The notes beneath the pieces are model-generated. The model did not search any database. It was given only the letters and a program-made list of their open reading frames with translations, and had not been told where the DNA came from. Positions 35,440 to 47,899 of a stretch of 52,568 nt of DNA are shown one piece after another. The translations under genes and the position numbers were made by a program. The stretch spans positions 50,126,777 through 50,179,344 of the forward strand of contig NC_068989.1 of the NCBI RefSeq assembly GCF_001194135.2, given 5' to 3'. The number at the start of each line of letters is the position of its first letter. The first letter of the stretch is position 1. The stretch is from Octopus bimaculoides (taxonomy: Eukaryota).

Positions 35440-35790
35440 AGATGTCTGTGGACTAATGTGTCTTACTTTTAAGCTTGGTTTGACATGTTTTAACAAACGC
35501 ATATTTCTTTTGTATTCTCTATCGAGCGAATGTCTTTTATGTAACCGTGTTTCTAATTGTCCGTCGTATGTAGCCTACATCTCAAAGTCATCCACATACA
35601 GGAGATGGCTGACTGTAATCTCATTCCAGTTGTATCGCTATTTAGTTCTGTCATCACATTGCGGCTGTTCTTCAACTCCAAATCAGCCTGTATATAGTCA
35701 CTGTATGATTAATGGCGTTCCACCAGTGACTATCCCATTCTCTTGTTTACCTAGAACAACATTTTCTTATGTCTTCTGTATTTAAGACAG
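35440..35790 (-). mobile_element. Non-LTR reverse transcriptase fragment, R4/Dong-like
   Basis: SHLLYVDDFEM*ATYDGQLE, with the catalytic YxDD at 35598-35587; the SHLLYxDDLKLYA..QL context is typical of R4-clade RTs. Confidence 0.75.
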
Positions 35791-36689
35791 TATGTTATGC
35801 AGAGGATATGGTTTAGTGGTCATCTCAAGAATGTTAAATGACCCCATACAGACATATTGGCTCTTCATTAATTATGTCGGTTAAAATGGAAATATTCCTT
35901 TTCTATAAGAGTAGCTTTGGGCTTAGAAGTCCCTATTTTCTCTACAAATTTGCTATCTATTTTAGATAACAATGGCAGATTTGATTTATAATAGATAAGT
36001 AAAAAATAAGAGCGCAGAATCCTTTCTCCTGCAAAGGTAGAACAGGCAATTGATGCCCCGAAAGATAATAAAATGTATGTGTCTGTTGAAGTGTATTTCG
36101 AAATGAAGAAGAGAATAAGAACGCCACAAACTCGTATCTTGGGGCAATAATACTTTTAACTAGTTTCAGTTCCAGAGCTGCGGCCAGGCTGGGGCACCAC
36201 CACTAAAATATATTTTAATATATTTTTACATATATTTCAATATATATTAATTCTTACATTTATGTTTCCTGGATCTATCAATACGTCACTTCCTAATGTA
36301 CCGCCAAACTTGAACAAATTATATAATGCACATTGTGTTTTATATAATTAGTTAATTAAAAACAAACATTTATGCAAATATGACTGATTTTTGTTAGATT
36401 TAAATGGCTATTAGCTGTGAATCCTCCCAGAGACAGAAAAAGAACAGTATTTGGTCTTCGAGGAATCTTGAAGAAGAAATGCAGCTGCTCAGAGCAATCT
36501 CGATATTTTCCTTCCATAAAGAGGAATATTAAATAGGTTTACATTTGTTTAAATTTCGTGAAGGTACTTGTGATTAAAAATAATTACAAATATATATTTA
36601 TATATTATCTACTTTTTGAGTCTGGAAAAAGGAGCCTTGCTCGGGACTTTTGCAAGGTCACCGAAATCAGCAAGACTATTTAAACGGTT

Positions 36690-37100
36690 GTAAATGGACA
36701 TTTGCTGGAAATACATGAGGAGGGAGAAAACTCGAAAAGTTTGATGTTGTTGGTAGGAAAGTAAGATTGGTGTGGTTAGTGTGAGGTTGATGAGGTTGGC
36801 TCGAATAAGAATAACGAAGTAAGGAAACTGAATATTTCTGAGTACTTCAGTAGACGAGTCACGAAACCAGCCATCTTCGTGGAACAGAGGCTACAACATT
36901 AACCATAGAAAATTCAGAAAGAGAAGGTAGCACACAGGTAGGCCAGAGTTGGGAGTGCGTCCGTTCAGGATTAAACTGTGTGTGCAGTAGTAACACTGTC
37001 CAAGATATGGGAGTCTTCTATTGTGGGCCTCAGTTATACCAAGTAGAGTGCTAGCAGCTGTTAGCGACTGAAATATTTCCCCCTAGGAGAAAAGGGACAA
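36690..37100 (-). mobile_element. CR1/L2-type LINE 3' end (RT C-terminus)
   Basis: RKYFSR*QLLALYLV*LRPTIE.SHI and FLPTTSNFSSFLPPHVFPANVHLQPFK match the LLxLYKAQIRPxxEY and FFPRT..WNxLP motifs. Confidence 0.72.
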
Positions 37101-38517
37101 CTTTTGAGATTCGGTTCTATCTATTATAAAGACTGACTTTCACCAGGAGAACTCCTTAATATTATCTAGTTGCAGAATGTGAAGTAACTGCAAACAGTCT
37201 AACTGAGTACCCGTCATATTTAGTAGGCGTTATTGTAATTGTGTTTTGTTAACATGAATTGTATTTGAGATTTCTGCTGTTACGAGATCAATTTGCATCT
37301 GGCCTATACGAAACATATATTGTGCTGTGCATTCATAATTAATATTGCAGGTAAAAATATAGTCTAATCTTTTTATGAACCATTTAGAATATAATCACAC
37401 GTGCCTAAAGTTTTAAGTCAATATATAAATATGTCAAAAAATATTTTGATGAAAAATGAATTCGCATTCTCAAAGTATGCAACTTTGCAGCTAATAGATA
37501 ATTAGAAGAGTTAGGAAGTATAGTTAATGTAAAAGAAATAATATCGTTGACTTTTGAGTTAGAGAAATATGATTCCATATTGAGATGCTTACACGTTGTC
37601 TACTGTGGTAATTCTCAGTATTTAGTTATCAAAATGGATACTAAAGCACTTAAAGTGTTACTCGTATGCCGACATACCTTCGGTTTACAATACTGGATTT
37701 AATTATTGCTGAGAATCATTAAGAAGTGAACACAGTAACAGCTGTTTGAATAACCTTCAGTTACCATTTGAAATGACGCTGTAATTGTCTATCAAATATA
37801 TGTTATTTAATAAACGCACTGCTTACCCTTTTCATGCTAGAAGCAACCGGTTGCTCCCTGAATTTTCTATAGATAAAAATAACTTGAAAACTTTGATGAC
37901 ATTTCAAGTCAATATCAACCGAGAAACCTTTAGCCAACATTCTTAGATTGGAAATTTTATAACTTCAAATATATTTGCTCTTACATAGAGTATGTCTTCC
38001 CTTATAAAATGTAACTTATAGATGACAGAATGTAGAAATAGAATAGTTATATATCGTAGCCATTATAAAGCTGCCAGCAGTTGTGGACTTCAAAATCAAT
38101 CGCACACAGTTCTCAAAAGCAGTATGATTTAAGTCCACTGGAAGGGATTTCATGACAGTTGGTAACTATCTGTGTTACTGAATTACAATACGTAAAATAG
38201 GATCTTGCATTACACTACCCTATCAATGAGCTTTAACACTATTCAGGAAAAGATTTGACAAACCAATAATTCCTACTATATTAACTACTTGTTTATATTG
38301 TGAACAATTTGTTTTGTTTTCTTAAATGTCTTGCTGAATAGTTACATATTATACTAATTCTTGCAATCTTCTTGACATATTCTAACGCAATCTGCATCAT
38401 TTGATGTGATGTACAAACGGATTCTAAGCAACACGTATGCTGAGTGTACCTGTGTGTAATTGTAAAATTTTATTTTCCATAAGAATACGTAAATTTGTAA
38501 CTTTCCCATTATAATAT

Positions 38518-38820
38518 TGTTCTGGGTTCAGTTCCACTGCATGGCACCTTGGGCAAGTGTCTTCTACTATAGCCTCGGGCCGATCAAAGCCTGGTGAGTG
38601 GATGTGGTAGACAGAAACTGAAAGAAGCTCGTCGTATATATGTATATATATACGTATGTGTGTGTATATGTTTGTGTGTCTGTGTTTGTCCCCGCAACAT
38701 CACTTGAAACCGATAGAATAAGTACTAGGCTTACAAAGAATAAGTCCTTGGTTCGATTTGCTCGACTAAAGGCGGTGTACCAGCATGGCTGCACTCAAAT
38801 GATTGAAACAAGTAACAGAT
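38518..38820 (+). mobile_element. SINE family B (CORE-like), 5'-truncated, with an internal deletion
   Basis: GGTTCAGTTCCAC B-box, CCTTGGGCAAGTGTCTTC core, internal TG tract, tail CAGCATGGCTGCACTCAAATGATTGAAACAAGTA. Confidence 0.88.
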
Positions 38821-38834
38821 TATATATATATATA

Positions 38835-39045
38835 AATGTATGTATGTATATAGGGAGAATTCACGAAAAAACAAAAGACGAAGACAGATGGTGTAGACAA
38901 AAAACAGATGTATCATTATAGCGCTAGGGAAGTGAAAACAGTCTTAAACGTTTCAAGCCTACGCTCTTCCACAGAAAGGAACACGGAAAGAAACAAGGAG
39001 AGAAAAAAAAAAGAATGTATAATGGCTAGCGATCTATCTATATAG
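38835..39045 (-). mobile_element. Penelope-type terminal-repeat fragment carrying a hammerhead-like motif
   Basis: Minus strand CTGTGGAAGAGCGTAGGCTTGAAACGTTT. The PLE origin is inferred from this motif and its palindromic AAACGTTT. Confidence 0.5.
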
Positions 39046-42000
39046 TGTAGATGATTTCCTTACGCATATCTAGGTAAGCAAACTTGGCAAACGTCTCATA
39101 TTATCCTTTTCTTTTATTGTTATAACATAGTGATAATGTATATCGAATACTTTATCTGTTTATTTTGGCTTATAACATGAAGAGGTTTTGGGAGTAATTG
39201 TTCATGAGATCTCGTTTATATTTCAATCTGAGTCCCATAGCCAAACGAGTACCACACTCCATTATCAATTGGATACATTAGTATCCAGTTTATAATGAAG
39301 TCGTGAGTCGAAGGAGATTTGGCTATCACTATTCTAAGATAGTGAAACATACCGTTTCATTATCTTAGAACTGAGGGTATTAAAGGTGGCTAACTTAAAT
39401 TAAATGCTCCAATGTATTTACATTTGCATCTTTCAACAAAATGAAAATCGTACAGTTATCAATTTTTTCTCTCTCTCCCTGGTGTTTAAGAAATATGCTG
39501 CAGGCTATTTAGTCGGTCATAGCTAATTTTTAAAACTTGCCGTAATTGTTGTTGCACAAATTCTTCATTACATAATGGACAATATTTTCCTATTGGAAAA
39601 TACATTATTTTCAAAGTCAACCAAGCTTAATGTTCTTTCTATATAACAATAGTTGGATCTAAAATACAGTTACTACCACTCATTTCAGAAGACCTTCGAC
39701 AATGAAGGAATCTATAGTGTTGAATCTATGTGTTTCCATACAAATCACTTTATATCAATCGTGTGGTTACTATCTATAGACTAGTCTAATTCTACAACAT
39801 AAAATTGTAATTGGTTGCCACTTGTTGAGACATCATATTCCATTTTGAGAGACATCTGCTGAAGTTTTTTTTTTATGGAGAATTTCTGATAAAAAAATCA
39901 ATATTTGGTCATACCTGACATATTATATCACTTTAAGTTTCTAAATATGAAAATAAGAACTGAAAATATTGATTTCTATTGACAATGTATGCACATATAT
40001 GCAGTCGACTGAAGTGACCTTTGTACATATCAGTATTTGATTTATCGACCCCGGATAGAAGTAATTCCAAATTGAGGAGAGAGAGAGAGATAATAAGAGA
40101 GTGAGAGGGAGAGAAAGTAAAAAAAAAAGGATGAAGGAGAAAGAAAGAGAGAAAGTGGGATTAAATTTAATAATGTAGCGTATTTACTCTACAATTCTAT
40201 CGTTTTTTAAACTCTCTATCCATGAATAAACAACAAAGCCAGGTTTTGTATAGGAAAACGCACAATCGTTTATAAAAAACTTGTAGAAATACCACTTTAA
40301 GGCATTCTCGGAGAGATTCGAACTCTGCGGTAAGGGCTTGAAACTAAATTATACCGAACACTCATTGAAATGTTATTACACCCCAGTTACCTCAATTATT
40401 TGAAGTGAAAATATTGAGGCTAACTACACAAAGTTGTCAGCAAATACAGAACTGAAAATCAATAGTGTTTGTAGAATTCCCTCAATATGTTTACTAACTT
40501 TCATAATAAACTGAACAAATTTATTTACTTTCATTTTTCAATAATGCTTTTTGCTTATTTTCTTAATATCCGTTACAAGCATGTATTGTATAGCATTTTT
40601 TTCTTTTGGAGCAGGTGTATTTTTACAGCTGGGTTACCTTACTAATTGCAATCATTCAGCTATGAAGTGATGTTGTACCTGGTTTTCTGCTAGACTTATT
40701 GCGGAAAGAGGAGAAATGTTGCCTTAGTTAGAATAACGATGCAATGACTGTGACAGTTTTCACACGCATGAAAGCAAATATTTGCCATACAAAAATAATT
40801 GCTTCTAACACAGGAATGAAGTCGAAGACTGTTTTACTTTATTCTATTTTATTTCATTTTAGGAGGTGGGGAATGTGTAGAATAGTGACACTGACGATTT
40901 GATTTTCCAACAACTCCAGAAATAATAACTATAACGTGATCTTGCATATTTCATGTTAGAAATATTTGGCTTTACAAAATTTTACATCCAATTTCTATAC
41001 TTTTATCTTTTTCAGTGAATTCGAAAATTTCAGATATTTTTTTTTTATTATCTGTTTTCTATAAGTGAATAATATAAAACTGGCTTACTTTCTGATTCGA
41101 AGATGAATGTTCAAGACGCACCAAACCTATTTCTGTAATTTTACATACAATACGGTATTGCATTACTGTTGTAGTTGTTGTTCTTTTTCTTCCTGGTACA
41201 GAATGCATCCAAAATACGTGAAGGAATCAAAGGTGGTATAATTTTCCTTAACGCCGTTGTTATTGTGTCGCTTGTGTTCATTTACGAAAGAATCATCTAA
41301 ATTTATTACAATGGTGTAAGAACAGTATGGCGCTGGGGAGATGGAGAAACGAATAAATTTGTGTACTACTGGAAGAATGTATCTGAAGAATTACATGCGT
41401 GGAATTAGGGATCAATGTTAAAAGGCGTAATTAAGCATCGTAGAAATGTTTGCTCGTTTCTTTTCTAATTCTTTTATCAACAAGTTACAAAACAGTGATG
41501 AATTTCCACATTTGCATTAAACCAACCATTTCTAAGTATTGAATAAATACAAGGAAAGTGTCATGAATAATTATTGTTGCTAGCCCTTGTGTGAGGTATA
41601 ATCAACTCCGCGGGATTTCAACTGAGAAATCTGGATTTGTAGATATGTACCGAATTATCGAAATGGACGAAGTACTTCTCTGTGTTTTCTTCCAATTTCC
41701 CACCAGAGCCAACACTGGGTTTTTACACGGTCGATCAGTTTGCAAAATATAAACAGAATTATTCCTTCATATTACACCCTACCATCATAGACAGATATGC
41801 TAAAAAACCTTATTAGTAAATGCTACACGATATTTTGTCATAGAAGTCTTACTCACTTGAGGTGAAATAATAAAAACAATTTATCACTGTATATTAAGTA
41901 AGTTCTATATTTCTGAAGCGTATTAATCTGAAATTATTTCTTGGAATACATTTTATTTCGGGAGTTCAAATATACCAAATATATGCATGCACATTGATTG

Positions 42001-42598
42001 TATTTATAGATCAATGGTCGATAATTCTTAATTTTTTGTTTCCATTACCAATTTATATTCAACCACCTTTAAGTCGTTGACCATAACGTACGATGCAAGC
42101 GTGCATACAATATACCGGAAAAGAAGACATTCTAAATGTTGGTTAAATAGTCTCCACTAAGAAAATGAAAGTTGTTCTGCGTGCTAACAAAATCCACGAG
42201 CGGTGATCAGTACATCTTCGTTGGGTTTATAGAGCTGAACTTTGTAAAAACTAATTTTCTACATAGATGTACTTTTACTTATTAATTTTGAAAATTGCGT
42301 TCATTTTTGGAGAACTTAATAGCCTGTGCAGATTGAAATGTCTGATAATGTTGGCCAATGATATCCCTCTATTCAGTGAGACGCCGTCCTGATCTTGTGG
42401 AGGTACTCTTATAGTTTTTGGTTTCGGTATGCGCATAAGGAATATAGCGTCTTGTTAATTTCTTAAAATACAAAATATTAAAAGAAAATAATGAAAAATG
42501 AAATAAAATAGTTAGCGTTTGCAATAAAATTTTGCGATGTACAAAACACCTAACCGTAAATGATGACCCTAAACCTAACTCTATTGTCTTAATTTTCT

Positions 42599-42822
42599 GT
42601 CATCGAATTCTTTTCATTCATGAAAGTAGAAAATATGGCAATCTCCGGTTTCTCAATAATGAAAAGATACTATTAGATAAAAATACTAAAAAATCATAAT
42701 TTCTGAAAGTTCTTAATTTCCCTGAAGAATGAGTGTGATTTTTGTAACATGCAAAACTAACCAAATGTAAAGTATTGCACACAAATCCGGCTTTGTATGT
42801 CAATTTGAAAATATTCGATGAC
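42599..42822. repeat. 17-bp inverted repeat pair enclosing ~190 bp (possible old MITE)
   Basis: GTCATCGAATTCTTTTCA (42599-42616) vs the reverse complement of TGAAAATATTCGATGAC (42806-42822). Confidence 0.55.
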
Positions 42823-43212
42823 TATAACCTGTAAAGAGGTGTTTCCCAGAATACCCTCGCAAACATAAACAACACAATTCATACAGATAACACTATTCAC
42901 CAGTCTTTCAGAAGGAATGACAATAGAAACGATATCAGAAACATTAGCAGTAAAGTTGATTATTGAATCTTGTATCGTTATAATGCGGTAGTGTCAAAGG
43001 TACTAATGACAATCATACAGATTGATTGCAGTTATTATTCACTTGTTAATTGGTTTAAATAACAAATGATTTCCTACTCTCATCACAACGCTGAGATATT
43101 AACAGCCAAATGAGATAATAACCAAGTATATATTATTCCTTCTGAGTAAATGTATTTATCATAAGCATTTACAACTCTGACAAAAGAGGAACGACAACAA
43201 TGAAAATAATAA

Positions 43213-43320
43213 CGGTCTCAAATTTTGGCTCAAGGCCAGTAATTTCGGGGGAGAGTTTGAGGCAATTACATCGACTCTAGTGTTCAATCGGTACTTATTT
43301 TGTCGACTGCGAAAGATATG
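43213..43320 (-). mobile_element. SINE family A 3' half
   Basis: GGTCTCAAATTTTGGCTCAAGGCCAG..GGTACTTATTTTGTCGAC. Confidence 0.8.
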
Positions 43321-43912
43321 ATGTTAAAGGCATACGTAGTAGTAAAGGCCTACCAACTAAGGCCATTCTTTTAACAAAATATTCATTGTTCTAAAAATGT
43401 CACAATATGTTGAAATCTCTTTTTTTAATATTCTAACACTTACGTTATTGTACATTCTACACACATCTTACTGTTTACCGAACTTCTTTTTCTCAGTTCC
43501 TCGGATTTTTACTATTTTCCTGAGCTCTTCTGTGTTCTAGGAATTTGATCTTCTCACACTTTTTTCTTTCATTCAAATGTTAGCATTTGCCATTCTTACT
43601 ACGTTTACTTTATGCACGCGCACACACGTAGATAGAACCTTCTACCAGGCTCTCGACATCTCAGTGGCGCCTTTATTTACACACATGATTTCACAGCTTC
43701 ATACACATGCTTCCCCGAAGCATAATACTTCAGTAACTTGCATTCCTCTTCACACTTTCATACACCACATCAACGCACAAAATTCTACCAAACGCGCTCT
43801 TCCAAATCATGCTTCAAAGCATTCGCACTTGTTCCGAATAAATTTCTTTCTACGATTCATACTTTTCTCGCATCCCTCGGCCATAATACTTTTCGTTTTA
43901 TACATTAAGTGT

Positions 43913-44021
<109 letters not shown>

Positions 44022-44031
44022 CATTACAGTT

Positions 44032-44458
44032 TTTCTATAGAATTCAGAGCCAGCACTGAAAGTTACAACGTTTTGTATCCGAATACGTTTGTGTGAACAA
44101 TGCGATCGAAGACAGAAATATAGGTAATGTATGTATATGCATATTTCAAGAGATATCGCTTTTTCATCAGCACCGGACCCGACGTAAAGCTAGCAATAAA
44201 TATTTATTGCTGTCAGGAATGGGTTTAATAAGTAAACACGTCTATCCAACAGTGCTACGCTCCTAAACTTAATGGGTATTTAAGCAATGCGTTCGTGAAT
44301 AGCTGATGGGTTGGAGGTGATGCTGATGATAGAGCTATAATTTTTGACATCCATTACCAGCTTGTCTGTCTTCGATCGCCTTCTTTACGTAAACGTATAG
44401 TATATGATACGTCGTACTTTATAAACACCAACACTGCTGGCTCTGAATTCCATAGAAA
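44032..44458. mobile_element. MITE-like element, ~427 bp, with ~90-bp degenerate TIRs
   Basis: 44032-44055 matches the reverse complement of 44435-44458 at 23/24; 44102-44116 matches the reverse complement of 44365-44379 at 15/15. Confidence 0.82.
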
Positions 44459-44553
44459 GTTTATAGAGATAAACTTAAAATCCAGAACACTGTAACGCTA
44501 AAACGAACGTATGGCACAATGTTGACTTATAAAATTTGTCATAGATTTGGTTG

Positions 44554-45683
44554 TACGTGGGGGTAGTCTAAAGAAACCTGAATTTTGCAATATTATTTTA
44601 TTCACGTAGATTTACATGTTTACACTTTTATCGCCTTCAGAGTATTCTCCATTTCAAACACTGCATCAGTCTAGATGCATTTTCCACTGTTCGAAGAAGT
44701 CCTGGAACTCTTGTCTTTTAACGCATTCATCGTTTTTTTCGTTCACCTCTTCCACATCTGAAAAACGTTTTCCTTTAAGAATTTTATTCATTCGGGGGAA
44801 CAAAAAAGTCGGAAGGAACAAGATCGGGGGAAAATAGACGGTAGTTGCCACAGGTCGTGGCGTTTGCATCTCACTGTGTCTCGCAAACGCTTTAGGATTG
44901 CTAAGTAAAATGTCTGGTTTGCAGTTTCACTAGAAGGAACAAATCATGAGTGAACAATTCCTTTCGCATCGATGAAACTAATCAGCATCATCTTGACATT
45001 GCATTTCACTTGACGCGTTTCTTTGGGGCATCGTGATATTGAATGCTTCCATTGACTTGATTACTGCTTCGTTTCTGGGTCGTAGCCGTAGCATCAGCTT
45101 TGTTTATCAGCACAAATCTTACTGTCTCTCTTTTCATTCGCAATTCCTCGCTCAAAATTCGGTGCAGGAGCTCCAAGACACACCATACATAATAACAAAT
45201 TCGTCAATTGTTCGGCGACGGTACTCCAAGACCAGTTCACGAATTTTCGTGATGTTTTCATTCGTTTGGGAGGTCGACTGCCGCTCTTAATGAAGCTGGT
45301 CTTCAAGCGACAAGGGACCATTTCGAAAGTGTGAAAACTCGTAAACTTGTGTTTTGCTCATGGCAGTGGCCTTGTAAACTGTTTGGCCTTCTAAGCTGTT
45401 TGAAGCATGACAACTGTTTCAGTCGCTGTTTTCCTCAACAGAAAACAGAATTTCACGGAAGCACACTGTTCATTCGTTTTAGCCATCGCAAAAATCGTCG
45501 AACAGGGAAGAAGCACTGCAAAACAAAGTCACACCACATGATATTACGATTGTATCCGACGACACAAGTCAACAGATTGATGCCTGGGGGTCGCATCAAG
45601 TGGTGTCTAGCAGCGGAAGTTCGAATTATTACGGGCATGTCCCACAGAGAATGTTTCCGGTTACTTTTGGGTACTCCCTCGTA
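44554..45683 (-). mobile_element. Near full-length decayed mariner (irritans-like), both TIRs and TA ends present
   Basis: TIRs TACGTGGGGGTAGTCTAAAGAAACCTGAA and TACGAGGGAGTACCCAAAAGTAACCGGAA. ATG at 45486 gives MAKTNEQCASVKFCFLL; then ENITKIRELV, KMMLISFIDAKGIVH, LKRLRDTVR, LKGKRFSDVEEV, NGEYSEGD. The TGDE and HDNA segments appear deleted. Confidence 0.93.
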
Positions 45684-46039
45684 TAGCATGGTTACAAAAA
45701 AAAATGCCCTTGCAAGCAATTTATGAAATTTAGGGGATGACAAGAGAACAGAAATTACGAAATCAACTTCATTAGCTTACTGCTGTCTCTATTATATGAA
45801 ACATTCATAAACACATGCATATACTCACTCCTGTTGTATTCTACAGGTAGTATGAGCTGTATAGAATTCCACAAATGTGATAGAATTCAATAGCTATTGT
45901 TTAGAAATGTATTATGAAATGCGTTCCATAATCACGACCGGAAACCTGTTTTGGGAAAATTTTCAGAGATTTTGTTGTTGTCCAACTTAGGTTTCATCTT
46001 TTCCGCCCACTATTGTTTGGAGGATCGTGGTAAGAGTGT

Positions 46040-46350
46040 GTTCGGAAACCTGCTAGCAGAAGCATCTGCCATTTGGCGATTGAGCTGGATTCTCGCACGA
46101 CATTAACAGGCACTGTGTATATTATACAACCATCTCCTCCTTGGCCTACATTTAGGTCTCTTTCCTCTGGCTTGGCTTGAAGTATTTGTCTTACCATTCT
46201 TTCCAGTGACATTGTAATTAATGTCCACAGTACCGGTGGTCTGGCCTCCCTATGCCGAGAAGTAGCGCCTCGAACTGGAGAGATATCCTGTTCTCCGAGC
46301 TACGCACCATTTCGAGGAACGTTACTCCTTTGACAAATTTTTCCGATGAT
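46040..46350 (-). mobile_element. RTE-clade LINE 3' fragment
   Basis: KGVTFLEMVRSSE..RYCGH..MSLERMVRQILQAKPE/RPKCRPRRRW, the GH..RM...R....RPxGRPRRRW RTE C-terminal motif; frameshifted. Confidence 0.8.
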
Positions 46351-47205
46351 GCCAATGTGGGTTACAAATTCCAAATAGCGATTGTAAAATATTTCTCTGT
46401 GTATCGATGACGTAAAAACCATTTGTAAGGTAAAATGAACTGAAAAAATTCTATTAAAAGTTTTACAAACTTCAAATAATTCAGTAGAACCATTTCCATC
46501 AGAAATGCAAATTGGGGTTCACAAAATTGAACAGAACTCCAATCACTGACAAAGATGCTGAAGAAAATTATAAAAGAACAATCGAACACTAATTACGTAT
46601 CAGAAATAGACCCATAATGGAAGCTAAGGATAACCTCAAGCACAATAAGCCAATACTAAACAGAGCAAGAGTTAAACACAGCATCAAACCACTAATGTTG
46701 AAAATAATATAACCGTACTTATTTATCATGCATTTACTTACTAATTTTTCTATATGTGACTCTGGATTTTCATGGATTAGATCATAAACTTTGGTTCATT
46801 TCTCTAAAGCTATATATATATATATATATNNNNNNNNNNNNNNNNNNNNNNNNNNNNNNNNNNNNNNNNNNNNNNNNNNNNNNNNNNNNNNNNNNNNNNN
46901 NNNNNNNNNNNNNNNNNNNNNNNNNNNNNNNNNNNNNNNNNNNNNNNNNNNNNNNNNNNNNNNNNNNNNNNNNNNNNNNNNNNNNNNNNNNNNNNNNNNN
47001 NNNNNNNNNNNNNNNNNNNNNNNNNNNNNNNNNNNNNNNNNTATATATATATATATATATATATGTATATACATATATATATATATATATGGGAAACAGC
47101 ATAGAAGAACAAAAAACTTGTGGAACATGTTTGTTGAAGAAACAGTAAACACTACATAAATTATTTAATGTTAATATCGATAACAACAACAACGAACACG
47201 TATTG

Positions 47206-47405
47206 GTTTTAAACTTCGGCACAAGGCTAGCAATTTCGGGGGTGAGAATAGTCGATCACATCGACCCCAATGCTCAACTAATTATTATTTTATCGACCCG
47301 GAAAAAACGAAAGGCAAAGTTCACCTAGGTAGAATTTGAATTTAGACGAAATGCCGCTAAATGTTTTTCCGGTTTGCTACCGATTCTGCCACATCACCAC
47401 CTTAT
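47206..47405 (-). mobile_element. SINE family A copy
   Basis: GGCACAAGGCTAGCAATTTCGG..TTATCGACCCGG..GAAAGGCAAAGT..GATTCTGCCA. Confidence 0.85.
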
Positions 47406-47899
47406 CCACGCTACATATTACTATATAATGCTAGATTATTAGTTATCTCCAATAAAATACCCTCGCGACAAAAATTAAGAACATAAATGTATCGGATAAC
47501 TACTGAGAATACATCATGAACTCAACCATAATTAGACAGAGTCTATTTACGTACACTTCATCTAGAACATGATTTTGGTCTGTTTAAAGACCAAATCAGG
47601 AACGTTAAAAACTGAATGAATCTACATTTCTAATCAAATCCACCCAACGCACGTAGTTGTCATATGTAGGAGCAACAACTGAACAGAAATAAAGTGAACA
47701 GTGAAGAAATAAATGTCCAGGCGTAACAATGCTCTCACATATTTCATTACTGTGTCATGTGGTGAAGCTTGGTTCTTGGCTAGACGTATGAATGATAAAC
47801 CTCCAAAATATCAGTCGGGAATCCCTAGCCAACTAGCTGTGTGCTCGATGAGAGATGTTCTACAGCTATTCACCAACAGCGAAAAATGCACAGCACCAT

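Noticed and set aside
37842-37855. 14-bp palindrome AGCAACCGGTTGCT
   Set aside because: It is isolated with no associated structure, so it was not pursued.
40391-40451. Minus-strand exon with a good acceptor and donor
   Set aside because: Stops in all three frames and no ATG; such site pairs arise by chance in AT-rich DNA.
41300-41408. C-type-lectin-like peptide IYYNGVRTVWRWGDGETNKFVYYWKN
   Set aside because: It is bounded by stops, has no good splice sites and no cysteines. The opposite strand has a DSFTYFGCI segment resembling a decayed RTE reverse transcriptase, a simpler explanation.
42930-42990. Weak hairpin with resemblance to miR-2001
   Set aside because: The seed differs, pairing is poor, and the match is on the wrong arm.
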